Origin: a virus
Length of the DNA stretch: 64,000 nt
Strand: one strand, 5' to 3'
Virus record (IMG/VR): IMGVR_UViG_3300006065_000007
Location: 20,459 to 84,458 of that record
In this document: positions 11,601 through 19,212 of the stretch, piece after piece
Layout of the letters: each line of letters begins with the position of its first letter
How positions within the stretch are numbered: the first letter of the stretch is position 1
Notes under the pieces: model-generated
Databases searched by the model: none
The model's input: the letters and a program-made list of their open reading frames with translations, nothing else
What the model was told of the DNA's origin: nothing
Translations under genes and position numbers: made by a program

Positions 11601-13403
11601 TGGTTCTGGCCTACCTAAAAATGTGTTTGATTCCCATTCTGCACTATTTTGTTCTGATACTTTTAAATCATATGGTGGAAACCACATTACTCTACCACCA
11701 TTATTTCCTCTTTCACAATATGGTAAATCGTTATATGTATAACCTGGAACATTTGATGTTTTCCACGCTAGATTTTCAATTGAAAACATGTATTTTTTTG
11801 CATAAAAACCATTTGGTCCTTCTTTCATATTAGTTGAACTATTGTCAAATGAACCATTACCGTTAGAATTTGGATAAATATTAATATTATAAGGTGTAGA
11901 TAATACTGAACTTTCAAATTCTCTTATATTTTTTCCATTTTTTTGTAAATTACTGTTGTGTGTGTATGCATTATCTTTTGTCCAAACTCTACAGAATTCT
12001 ACACCACTTTCTTCACCTGTAAATTTATCCACATATTTAATAGCAGAACCTCTAGATAACATAAGATCACCTTCTTTAAAAACCCTACTGGTTTGATCTA
12101 TTACATTTGCTATATGTGATCTCATTTCTTTACCATTCGTTGGTAAAAATTCTAATAATTCTTGTGTTTTACCTATAATTGAATCTTCTCTAAACCCAAA
12201 GTTTGTAGATAATGTTTCTTGAAAATCAGGACTATCAACAAATTTATTTTTTGATTTTGAACTTATCCATGTTAAATTACCACTTAATTTACCACCTTCA
12301 CTATAATTAACATCTTTTTTTAATAATCTAGTTTGAACTGAATCAAACATAAGACTTAAATAATAATTACTTCTAACTGGTACATCATTAAAATCATTCA
12401 TGGCATATTTAACATCATTACCTCTATCGTCACCAATATAAGCAATACTATTAGGTGCTTCTAAACCTAATACATTTTTAATGTTCATACCTAAATTATC
12501 AACAAAATTGAAAATTTTAGAAGAATTTTGACTTCTAGCTGTAGTAGTGTAATTAGGAGCATACTTAGAATATGATAAATTATCATATAATATTTGTTTT
12601 TGACCTTCACCTAAATATTCAATAAAAAGATCTGAAGGTTTTCTATCTAATTTAGGTCTTCGTTGAATACCAAGTAATGAACCTAAAGAACCAGTTATAT
12701 CTTGAAATAAGGCACCAACTTCTGTATTTGCTGTTGGTCTAAAATTTACAGGATTACGAGGATCTGATAAATAATCGCCCGGAATTTCTGACCAAGGAAA
12801 TGTTACACCTGCAACAGTTTGTAAAAAATCAAAACCTTTACCAACTAAAGTTTTTGCAACAGTAATTTTAGTATTAAATTCAATAAGAGGTTCTTTACCT
12901 GTTACAATGTTTATTGCGGTAGTTGTATTTCCACCTAAAGCATCAAGAACTCTTAACTTCCCAGCTGTTGCTCTATATAAATTTTGACCTAACCTACTAA
13001 AAACAGGACCATTACGATCATTTTTTATATATGATGAACTAAACTTAAATAATTCAGATTCATCTTCATAATTAGACGAAGAAAATACACTAACTAATGT
13101 TCGGTCATTTGTACTTCTAAAATATGGGTATAAATTTAAGTTTGCACGTCTAGGTATGTTTTCAAAATAATCAATAACCAAATAATCTAATGGTTTATAA
13201 ATATTAGTACCTTTTGTCAATGTTAAACTATTATCCCTTTCTATTGTAACATCACCTTGATCAATATTTGGAAATGTATTCAAATTACTAACCATATAAT
13301 CATTGGCAGTAAAAGTTTGTGGACCATTAGGTACTGATAATGTTTTACCTAAAATGTAGTTTCTAAAATTCTTTGTTGATTCAAAATCTAAATATGTTGA
13401 CAT
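8658..13403 (-). CDS. Large baseplate protein with an internal OmpA-like domain
   Basis: 1581 aa; tube-like blocks (FPPYDLKVSE, LRIGDFFHSKIV); VLYFNND...SASSPNTGEYNLRLSYRRTDSV resembles OmpA_C. Confidence 0.6.
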   Translation of the reverse strand: MSTYLDFESTKNFRNYILGKTLSVPNGPQTFTANDYMVSNLNTFPNIDQGDVTIERDNSLTLTKGTNIYKPLDYLVIDYFENIPRRANLNLYPYFRSTNDRTLVSVFSSSNYEDESELFKFSSSYIKNDRNGPVFSRLGQNLYRATAGKLRVLDALGGNTTTAINIVTGKEPLIEFNTKITVAKTLVGKGFDFLQTVAGVTFPWSEIPGDYLSDPRNPVNFRPTANTEVGALFQDITGSLGSLLGIQRRPKLDRKPSDLFIEYLGEGQKQILYDNLSYSKYAPNYTTTARSQNSSKIFNFVDNLGMNIKNVLGLEAPNSIAYIGDDRGNDVKYAMNDFNDVPVRSNYYLSLMFDSVQTRLLKKDVNYSEGGKLSGNLTWISSKSKNKFVDSPDFQETLSTNFGFREDSIIGKTQELLEFLPTNGKEMRSHIANVIDQTSRVFKEGDLMLSRGSAIKYVDKFTGEESGVEFCRVWTKDNAYTHNSNLQKNGKNIREFESSVLSTPYNINIYPNSNGNGSFDNSSTNMKEGPNGFYAKKYMFSIENLAWKTSNVPGYTYNDLPYCERGNNGGRVMWFPPYDLKVSEQNSAEWESNTFLGRPEPIYTYKNSARNGTISFKVIVDHPSVLNLLVRKHFEKMSDEESNNYINAFFAGCENVNLYDLIRKYPTLTQTDLEAIISYLEGGTDPITVERYKTEFLPVKDSFLPEETTTNSKSESSSFKMGANLVLYFNNDVPKSTNPYYSNEPYDILYSDYMTFKPTFIEKLEKGIDDLFNMPNTENKRKDLLLLTGSEVFDEINSGSTKTRIVNQIESGFSELQSSFTILENELTEIKTLLENKKIKTIRIIVSSSASSPNTGEYNLRLSYRRTDSVLKYVLNKLSLGGNGASFRWPSTITDNSNVNFEDLPPISFKELGYDSDGEVIFDVVKNSGEFRKSEKANLDCSNSNYFTPELRVTAPDMFYCRSTEFAIGYTLKDITDEFRTHEQTVNASGTSAENTVLNPLYPKVNIIVEKDQIKRKPPQDEIKKIIMKTLSECYYFKKLEEDSPIVFNSLKEKFRYFHPAFHSMTPEGLNSRLTFLLQCLRPGDTIPIKGISDVSDLDSRNTTFGPPPICVLRIGDFFHSKIVVKNVDISYDDSPWDLNPEGIGIQPMIANVQIQVSFIGGHGLEKPVERLQNALSSNFYANTEMYDYRSIATEDRTDFNKRVFSKEFLEELGRNVNPPTIPRAEESNILFTGIFIGEINNKTLPEAEPNDIILSYGSLVGEIFSTTKQYFNTYVDVLKYSYETYGPKISSIFFSPKYRTVYQYDVINNVNSLELIGVYNKFNHLPTIVDYFKRLMIEKIDNTNITNLFGLDKDLNTTKLTKSEIILKKYVRETISTIIDNMSNLPNLKSLESTRNQLINNLDRINFIVETNQDAKLDENENAISGFLMGFNNINFYSNYKDCISYIENNHSKLTDFIDDESFIFGSPTSTITDEQLLEFLSILLKDKKQDILKLYRETDPIIFDDKTINKISRRLDKYLKPGVIISPKLSKFPNRINYSDLSYVFVENSNILTPDQIEKLKLINSTKVNVGTKLNYYKP

Positions 13404-13440
13404 TACATTCTTTTAACAATAAATAGATTAATAATAATTT

Positions 13441-13761
13441 TCAAATAAAAGGATTGTTATTAAATTCTAAAAACATTAATGTTTCTTCAATTTTTTTACA
13501 ATCTGTTAAAAATAAAACTTCATCCTTTATAGATAAATTAAACCATTCACCCTCTTTTTTTAAATGTGAATACTTTCTATGTAAACTTTTTTCAACCTTA
13601 TTTGAATATTCACTTAAATAAGTTTCAACAATTCTTAATTGAAAAGGATTTCCTGTTTGTAATTCTTTTAAACGTTTTTGTGGGTCTTTAGCAATTCCTA
13701 TTTTGTAAAGACCATTATCATCATCTTTTATTAAATATGTGTACCTTTTTTTAATTAGCAT
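13441..13761 (-). CDS. GIY-YIG/T5orf172-like protein
   Basis: YTYLI..YKIGIAKDPQKRLKELQTGNP...EKSLHRKY...GEWF. Confidence 0.8.
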   Translation of the reverse strand: MLIKKRYTYLIKDDDNGLYKIGIAKDPQKRLKELQTGNPFQLRIVETYLSEYSNKVEKSLHRKYSHLKKEGEWFNLSIKDEVLFLTDCKKIEETLMFLEFNNNPFI

Positions 13762-15637
13762 TAGTATATGCCCTTGCTTCTTTTTCTTCTATTAATGTCA
13801 TTATATCTGAGTCTCTTGCAACAGCTCTCCAAAGTGAATCAATCATATTACCTGACGGTTTATGTATCATTTCTATTGTTACATGTTTGGTTTCAGATGT
13901 TGTAGTTGTTGGTGTTGTATTAGACTGGGTTGTTATTTGTTTGTTATTTACTGGTAAAGTAGATGGTACTATCGGTTGTGATATACCGAATACTTCTTTT
14001 AATTCGACTATACCATCACTAATTAATTTCATACCAAAATCAGAAGATTGAACAAGTAAATTAGCACCTTGATTAAACAAATCCCTAGTAAATTTAGTTA
14101 TGTTATTTTGATCAACACCCATACCTTTTAAAATTTCTGACATATCACTAGCGGCTGTTACTTTAGCTTTTGCAGCAATAAATGTTACATCTCGATTTAT
14201 ATTTTCAATCAACCCAACTTGTTTTAATATAATATCTTCAGAACTCATCTTTTTAAAAGCATCTTTTTGTTCTTTTAAAATATCATATTGTTTTTGACTT
14301 AAATCTATTAAAGGAATTTCTTTTTTACCATCAAATACTTCACCAAATTGTTTTTGTAACGTTTCAGGTATAGTAATAGTCATTTTACCATCTTTCATTT
14401 GAGAAAGATTAGTTAAAAATTCTTTATCGTCTTCATCTATATCTCGAATTCCAGATAACATTAAATCATAAGATGCTGATGTTCTTTGTGCTGATTGAAC
14501 AGCTAAATTTGATAATTCACCCAATGACATACCTAATTGTTCTGACATTGCACGTGCTCTTCTTAAATCTGCACCAATTATTTTAAATGTTCCTGATTTT
14601 TGTTCAAATGTTACTAAACTTTCTGCACTTTTTACAATAGCATCTTGTAATCCTTCAACATTGTTAGTTGCCATCCACATCATCTTTATTGGGTCATTAA
14701 AATCACCTAATGCACCACCAATAACTTGTAATTCTGAAGCTAATGATAATGCTTTATCTGGATCCATTACCTTTTCTGCTAAATCTAAAGTTCGGGTTAA
14801 GTCAAAACGTAAAGATTGTGCTTGTCTTGTCATTTTACTTAAACCTTCAATACCATTTTTAAAACCATATTGATTTACTTTTTCTAAATTATCTACTATT
14901 GTTTTAACAGTCGTTTTAGCATTTAAACCTAATCCTAATGTTCTTAAACCTACACCTTCAATAACTTTCATAGCGTCGGATGCACCCATAGAAACTTTTT
15001 GAAATTCTTCTAATGATTCAACACCAACATTTAAATTATCAAAAAATGCTCTACTTTGTATCGCTAAATTTTCAATCGTTTCTGTACTCAATAATTTAAA
15101 CCTACCCGAACTTTTAATTAATGTTGCCATTGATTCTGATAATTCTTCAAAACTATAACCAATTTGTTCAGCAACGGGTAAAGCTTCCATTATTTCTCGT
15201 CTCCATGCTCTAGATAATTCACCAGTTAATGATGTTTCTTCATTAATTTTTCTATGTAAGTCAAATTCTTGTTGCATTTGTTCTAAAATCTGACTTTTAA
15301 AAAAATCACCTATTCTTTTACCAATAGAAGGTCCATCTTCACCTTGATTTCTAAACACATCAACAATATCAGTTAAATTTATTTTTTCAGGGCTTGATTG
15401 GTATGAACTTTGTGCTTTTAACATCTGTGTTATAAAAGGTTCTGATGAATTAAAAGTTGTTCTTTTTTTTGGATTTTTACCTGATTTCCATTCATCAAAT
15501 TTTGATTCTAAATAAGGTACATCAACATCGTCAGCATCAACACCTAACGAAACTTCACGTTGAATTGCAGATATAACAAAGTTTCGTTTATTGTTTCTAT
15601 TATTACTAAAAATATTATATAATGATTCTATATCCAT
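13751..15637 (-). CDS. Tape measure-like tail protein
   Basis: 628 aa, helical, LQVIGGALGDFNDPIKMM-type block; downstream of tube and chaperone genes. Confidence 0.7.
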   Translation of the reverse strand: MDIESLYNIFSNNRNNKRNFVISAIQREVSLGVDADDVDVPYLESKFDEWKSGKNPKKRTTFNSSEPFITQMLKAQSSYQSSPEKINLTDIVDVFRNQGEDGPSIGKRIGDFFKSQILEQMQQEFDLHRKINEETSLTGELSRAWRREIMEALPVAEQIGYSFEELSESMATLIKSSGRFKLLSTETIENLAIQSRAFFDNLNVGVESLEEFQKVSMGASDAMKVIEGVGLRTLGLGLNAKTTVKTIVDNLEKVNQYGFKNGIEGLSKMTRQAQSLRFDLTRTLDLAEKVMDPDKALSLASELQVIGGALGDFNDPIKMMWMATNNVEGLQDAIVKSAESLVTFEQKSGTFKIIGADLRRARAMSEQLGMSLGELSNLAVQSAQRTSASYDLMLSGIRDIDEDDKEFLTNLSQMKDGKMTITIPETLQKQFGEVFDGKKEIPLIDLSQKQYDILKEQKDAFKKMSSEDIILKQVGLIENINRDVTFIAAKAKVTAASDMSEILKGMGVDQNNITKFTRDLFNQGANLLVQSSDFGMKLISDGIVELKEVFGISQPIVPSTLPVNNKQITTQSNTTPTTTTSETKHVTIEMIHKPSGNMIDSLWRAVARDSDIMTLIEEKEARAYTNAN

Positions 15638-15657
15638 AATATATAATAATAAATATA

Positions 15658-15798
15658 TTATTTAGAATTTTCTAATTCAATAATATATTGAACAAAATAT
15701 CTTCTTTCATAAACAGGCATACTCATTATATCACCATATGAGAATCCTCTTTTTATTAAAAATAAAATTTCATCTAATTGTCCTTTTTTATATTCCAT
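15658..15798 (-). CDS. 46 aa GT-type tail chaperone extension ORF (absent from track), in the +1 frame of the upstream gene
   Basis: MEYKKGQLDEILFLIKRGFSYGDIMSMPVYERRYFVQYIIELENSK; overlaps the upstream stop; fills the gap before the tape measure gene. Confidence 0.7.
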   Translation of the reverse strand: MEYKKGQLDEILFLIKRGFSYGDIMSMPVYERRYFVQYIIELENSK

Positions 15799-16537
15799 AG
15801 AAAGGACGAAAAAACTCAACCCCGAGTCCAACTTCAATTTGGACTGTATCTCCGGACGGGGTAATTACTTGTTGTGTTAAATCTAATCCAGGTTTATTTT
15901 GTTTAATATATTTTCTAAAATCTTGTGAATCTTTAATAGGTAATCTTTCAATAAAATTTCTTATATTCATTGAATCTTTATTTCCTTCTATTGATTTTAT
16001 CATAAATTCTAATTCTTTGGTTACCACAGGTGCAACACCAAGACCATTCCAACTTTCTTTTATTTTTTCAATTTCCATTTCTTGTTTTTTTGTTAAAAAC
16101 TTAAATGTAATATTTACTTTACTAAGTTCAAAATAATATGGGTATTCACCATTAACATCTGGTGTTAACGTAAAATCTTTAACTTTTAAAGTTGATAAAT
16201 CAATAACACAAGGAAAAAATTTTTTTGTTTTTGGGTCTAAAACTTTCATGTTATATGAAGGACCCCAAGCAGTGTTTCTTAAAAATATTAAAATAGCCTG
16301 TCTATCTTCTTCTACAATATCCTCTATTAATAAATCCTTATCAATAACTTTTCTTCTTAATAATTCATCAATCACAGTATTAGATTGAATTAAATTTGAT
16401 GATGATAAAATATTTTCATCTGAAGCAGTTAAATATGCTATTTTAACAGATTTTTTGTTATTGGTGTAATGAATACCTTTACTTGGTAACTCTACAACAT
16501 CATAAGCAATCGTTGGGTCAATTCTATATTCTTCCAT
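15788..16537 (-). CDS. Tail assembly chaperone / T4 gp26-like baseplate hub assembly protein
   Basis: YDVVELPSKGIHY...TASDENIL...GVEFFRP; lies between tube and tape measure. Confidence 0.7.
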   Translation of the reverse strand: MEEYRIDPTIAYDVVELPSKGIHYTNNKKSVKIAYLTASDENILSSSNLIQSNTVIDELLRRKVIDKDLLIEDIVEEDRQAILIFLRNTAWGPSYNMKVLDPKTKKFFPCVIDLSTLKVKDFTLTPDVNGEYPYYFELSKVNITFKFLTKKQEMEIEKIKESWNGLGVAPVVTKELEFMIKSIEGNKDSMNIRNFIERLPIKDSQDFRKYIKQNKPGLDLTQQVITPSGDTVQIEVGLGVEFFRPFYGI

Positions 16538-16761
16538 AATTTTATTTTTTATTTATTTATAAATATTATAAATAAAAATTACTGAAATTAATTTAAATAG
16601 TAAATAGATTAAACGTTATATTTCCATCTTATACTATATATTACAAACAAAAATTTCCATACCTTTATTTTTATATAAAAATACGGAAATTTAAATATAT
16701 TGTATATGAATAGATGTGATTTATTTACATTTTGTATAACTTTATGATTATTAACGAAATA

Positions 16762-17250
16762 TTAATACACCAGAATACAACGATCCATACGTAAATTACA
16801 AGTAATATTAGCTATAGCATCATTACTATAATCTAATTCACCAAAATTAAGACCTGTTATAAACGTTCCCACCAAAATCCATTTTTCTACAACAACACCT
16901 GATGGATCTAACATTTCAATTTCAATATCTTTTTTATACCCAGCAGCGTAACCCATTCTACCAGTAACGGATTCAGCATGTAATCTGAACCACTCCATTA
17001 GAGCTTGTGACGCTGAAGGACCAATTGGGTCTTTAAATGTTACAGTTATTTCTTCCCATACGAATCTTCCAGCAACATATGTTGATGTATTCAAAAATGG
17101 AATTTCAACCGGATTTATTTTAGGGTTCGGTCTTGATGCTGATGTAACAAACCATTCGTTAATTCCTAATGATGAAGGGAATCTTATAATAAATCGGTTT
17201 ACTCTTTTCGGTTCAAATGGAACCGGCATTTTCATTAATAGATCTGCCAT
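16762..17250 (-). CDS. gp19: Tail tube protein (gp19-like)
   Basis: FEPKRVNRF...YVAGRFVWEEITVTFKDPI...W.L.G.F....FGELDYS; follows sheath. Confidence 0.9.
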   Translation of the reverse strand: MADLLMKMPVPFEPKRVNRFIIRFPSSLGINEWFVTSASRPNPKINPVEIPFLNTSTYVAGRFVWEEITVTFKDPIGPSASQALMEWFRLHAESVTGRMGYAAGYKKDIEIEMLDPSGVVVEKWILVGTFITGLNFGELDYSNDAIANITCNLRMDRCILVY

Positions 17251-17378
17251 TGTATTTTTTCTTTATTAATATTGTTTATTTCTTTACTATAAATATATCA
17301 ATATATAAAAAATATTTTTTTTTTGAAATAAACTTGTTTTTTTCATTTTTTTTGTTTAAATTTTTGGACCCAGTATAT

Positions 17379-17477
17379 ATATCTAGTATATCTAGTATAT
17401 CTAGTATATCTAGTATATCTAGTATATCTAGTATATCTAGTATATCTAGTATATCTAGTATATCTAGTATATCTAGT
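17379..17477. repeat. Tandem array, 11 x ATATCTAGT
   Basis: CTAG at 17383, 17392 ... 17473 with exact 9 bp period. Confidence 0.95.
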
Positions 17478-17490
17478 ATATTTAAAAAAG

Positions 17491-17574
17491 GGACCAATTA
17501 TTTCTAGAAATATTAAAAGGACCTATTATTTCTAGAAATAAAATTAATTTTAATTATATTATACTAGTATAATA
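17491..17574. repeat. CTAG-centred palindromes: 2 x GGACC..TATTTCTAGAAATA (28 bp period) and TATTATACTAGTATAATA
   Basis: Perfect palindromes at 17499-17512, 17527-17540 and 17557-17574. Confidence 0.9.
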
Positions 17575-17585
17575 CTGGGTGTTTG

Positions 17586-19115
17586 TTAACATTTTAATTC
17601 AAATTTCATTGAACCACAATCCCATATTCTATCATAACCATTTTCTTGTATTATTTCCCATTCACTTTTTGTTTTATCAAAACCTTCTTTAATTAATACA
17701 TCTTTTCTAAATTGAAATCTATGTTTTCTATCAGAAAAATTACTACTATGTACATACCAATAATTAGGTGGTGTAATTCCAATAAAAGTAAAACCATTTT
17801 TAAAATAAACAGTACTTTCATAATTTATTCCAGACCATCTAATATCTGCAAATGTTAATATCAATCGTGGTGAATATTTTTTTATAAAGTAAGATAAAAG
17901 TTTAGAAAATGATCCAATTACATTTGTATTTAATTTATTACTAAATCTTAATAATTCATATTCATTTTCAATTTTTGTTTTATTTCCCAATGAATTTCTC
18001 TTTTTTCCAAATGTCATCACGGAAACTAGTTCATTATTATAAAATAACCCAAAACGATATTTATCAACCGAATCTCCTTGAATATGGTTAATAATATTAA
18101 ATGTTTTAGACTCTTTTTTTGTTATTTCTTTTATTGAACACTTTCTAGCATATATCCTATTAGTATTAAGGTTCAACATGTTTGAAATTCTGGAAAAAAC
18201 AATATTTTGTTTATTTTTAATTTCATCCTCAAAAATATGAATTAGTTTAATACCTTTTTCATTAGCAAGTTTTGTTTTATCAATATGGTAATTTTTATCT
18301 TTTAAACCATATATTTCTGAATGAAAATAATTACCATTAATTTCAAACCCTATTGATTTTTCATCTAATAATAAGTCAATTTCTTTTCCGTTTAATTTTG
18401 TTCTATTATTATTAGTATGTACTATATTTTTTTCATTTAGGAAATCTTTTAATATTTGTTCTATACTTGAATTTTTAGTTATAGGATTACATTTTCTACA
18501 TATTGGTATTTTGCCAGAACCTAATAATGTACTACTGAATGTATTATTACAATTTAAACATTTAAAATTATAACTTTTAGATGTATTACCTAACTTATTT
18601 TGTTCATATTCATCTAAAAGAATTAAGTTATGATTTTTTAATTTTTCTAGTAATATTGGTATTTGTTTATTTTTTAACGTTGTTTTTAATTTATCAACAA
18701 AATTATTTACATGCATAGGATGTTTTTGACCATATTTTTTTAAAAAAGATTCTTTCATTTTTTTTTGACCTTCTTTTGTTTTTAATATAGAATCCACACC
18801 ATATTTTTTAAAAATAGATTCTTTTGATTTTTTTATTCTTTTTTCTTTATTAATAGGATTTAAATTCCATTGACTTCTACATTTATCAGAGCATAACTTG
18901 TTTTTTAGTTTTTTTCGTATATTAAATTGTTCTCCGCAATTAACACATTGTCTATTTTCGTAAAAATCGTCTTGTTTGGGTTTACCTTTTATTCCACTAT
19001 CAATGTAACATTTCTGATTACAATATTTTTTATTTCTGAATTTATATTCAGTTTCAAATGTTTTTTTACATGATTGACAAATTAAATTTATTTTCATAAT
19101 AATATGTTTTATCAT
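17586..19115 (-). CDS. Free-standing homing-endonuclease-like protein (Zn fingers + Hef/Vsr-like nuclease) fused to a Mom-like GNAT domain; likely start 19097
   Basis: CxxC..CxxxC repeats, KYGV repeats, EIDLLL..GFEINGNYFHS nuclease motif, then IYARKC..NHIQG..GLFYNNELVSVMTFG..YELLRF. Confidence 0.7.
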   Translation of the reverse strand: MIKHIIMKINLICQSCKKTFETEYKFRNKKYCNQKCYIDSGIKGKPKQDDFYENRQCVNCGEQFNIRKKLKNKLCSDKCRSQWNLNPINKEKRIKKSKESIFKKYGVDSILKTKEGQKKMKESFLKKYGQKHPMHVNNFVDKLKTTLKNKQIPILLEKLKNHNLILLDEYEQNKLGNTSKSYNFKCLNCNNTFSSTLLGSGKIPICRKCNPITKNSSIEQILKDFLNEKNIVHTNNNRTKLNGKEIDLLLDEKSIGFEINGNYFHSEIYGLKDKNYHIDKTKLANEKGIKLIHIFEDEIKNKQNIVFSRISNMLNLNTNRIYARKCSIKEITKKESKTFNIINHIQGDSVDKYRFGLFYNNELVSVMTFGKKRNSLGNKTKIENEYELLRFSNKLNTNVIGSFSKLLSYFIKKYSPRLILTFADIRWSGINYESTVYFKNGFTFIGITPPNYWYVHSSNFSDRKHRFQFRKDVLIKEGFDKTKSEWEIIQENGYDRIWDCGSMKFELKC

Positions 19116-19154
19116 AAATATAAGGAAAAATTAAAATAAAACCAACCCGAAAAT

Positions 19155-19184
19155 AAAAACAACTACAATTGTGTAGTTGTTTTT
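19155..19184. terminator. Bidirectional terminator after sheath gene
   Basis: AAAAACAACTACA-ATTG-TGTAGTTGTTTTT. Confidence 0.8.
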
Positions 19185-19212
19185 AAAATATTGATTTTTA
19201 ATTTTTAATTTA

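Noticed and set aside
16540-16760. Intergenic AAACGTTATA as a further att site
   Set aside because: No foldback partner or matching core box; the region is explained by a terminator-like hairpin and late-type promoter motifs.
17379-17477. Possible CRISPR array
   Set aside because: Contiguous 9 bp units with no unique spacers; no cas genes in the window.
17217-17507. ORFs encoding (ISS)n and (ILD)n
   Set aside because: By-products of the stop-free 9 bp tandem repeat; low complexity, with both strands open.
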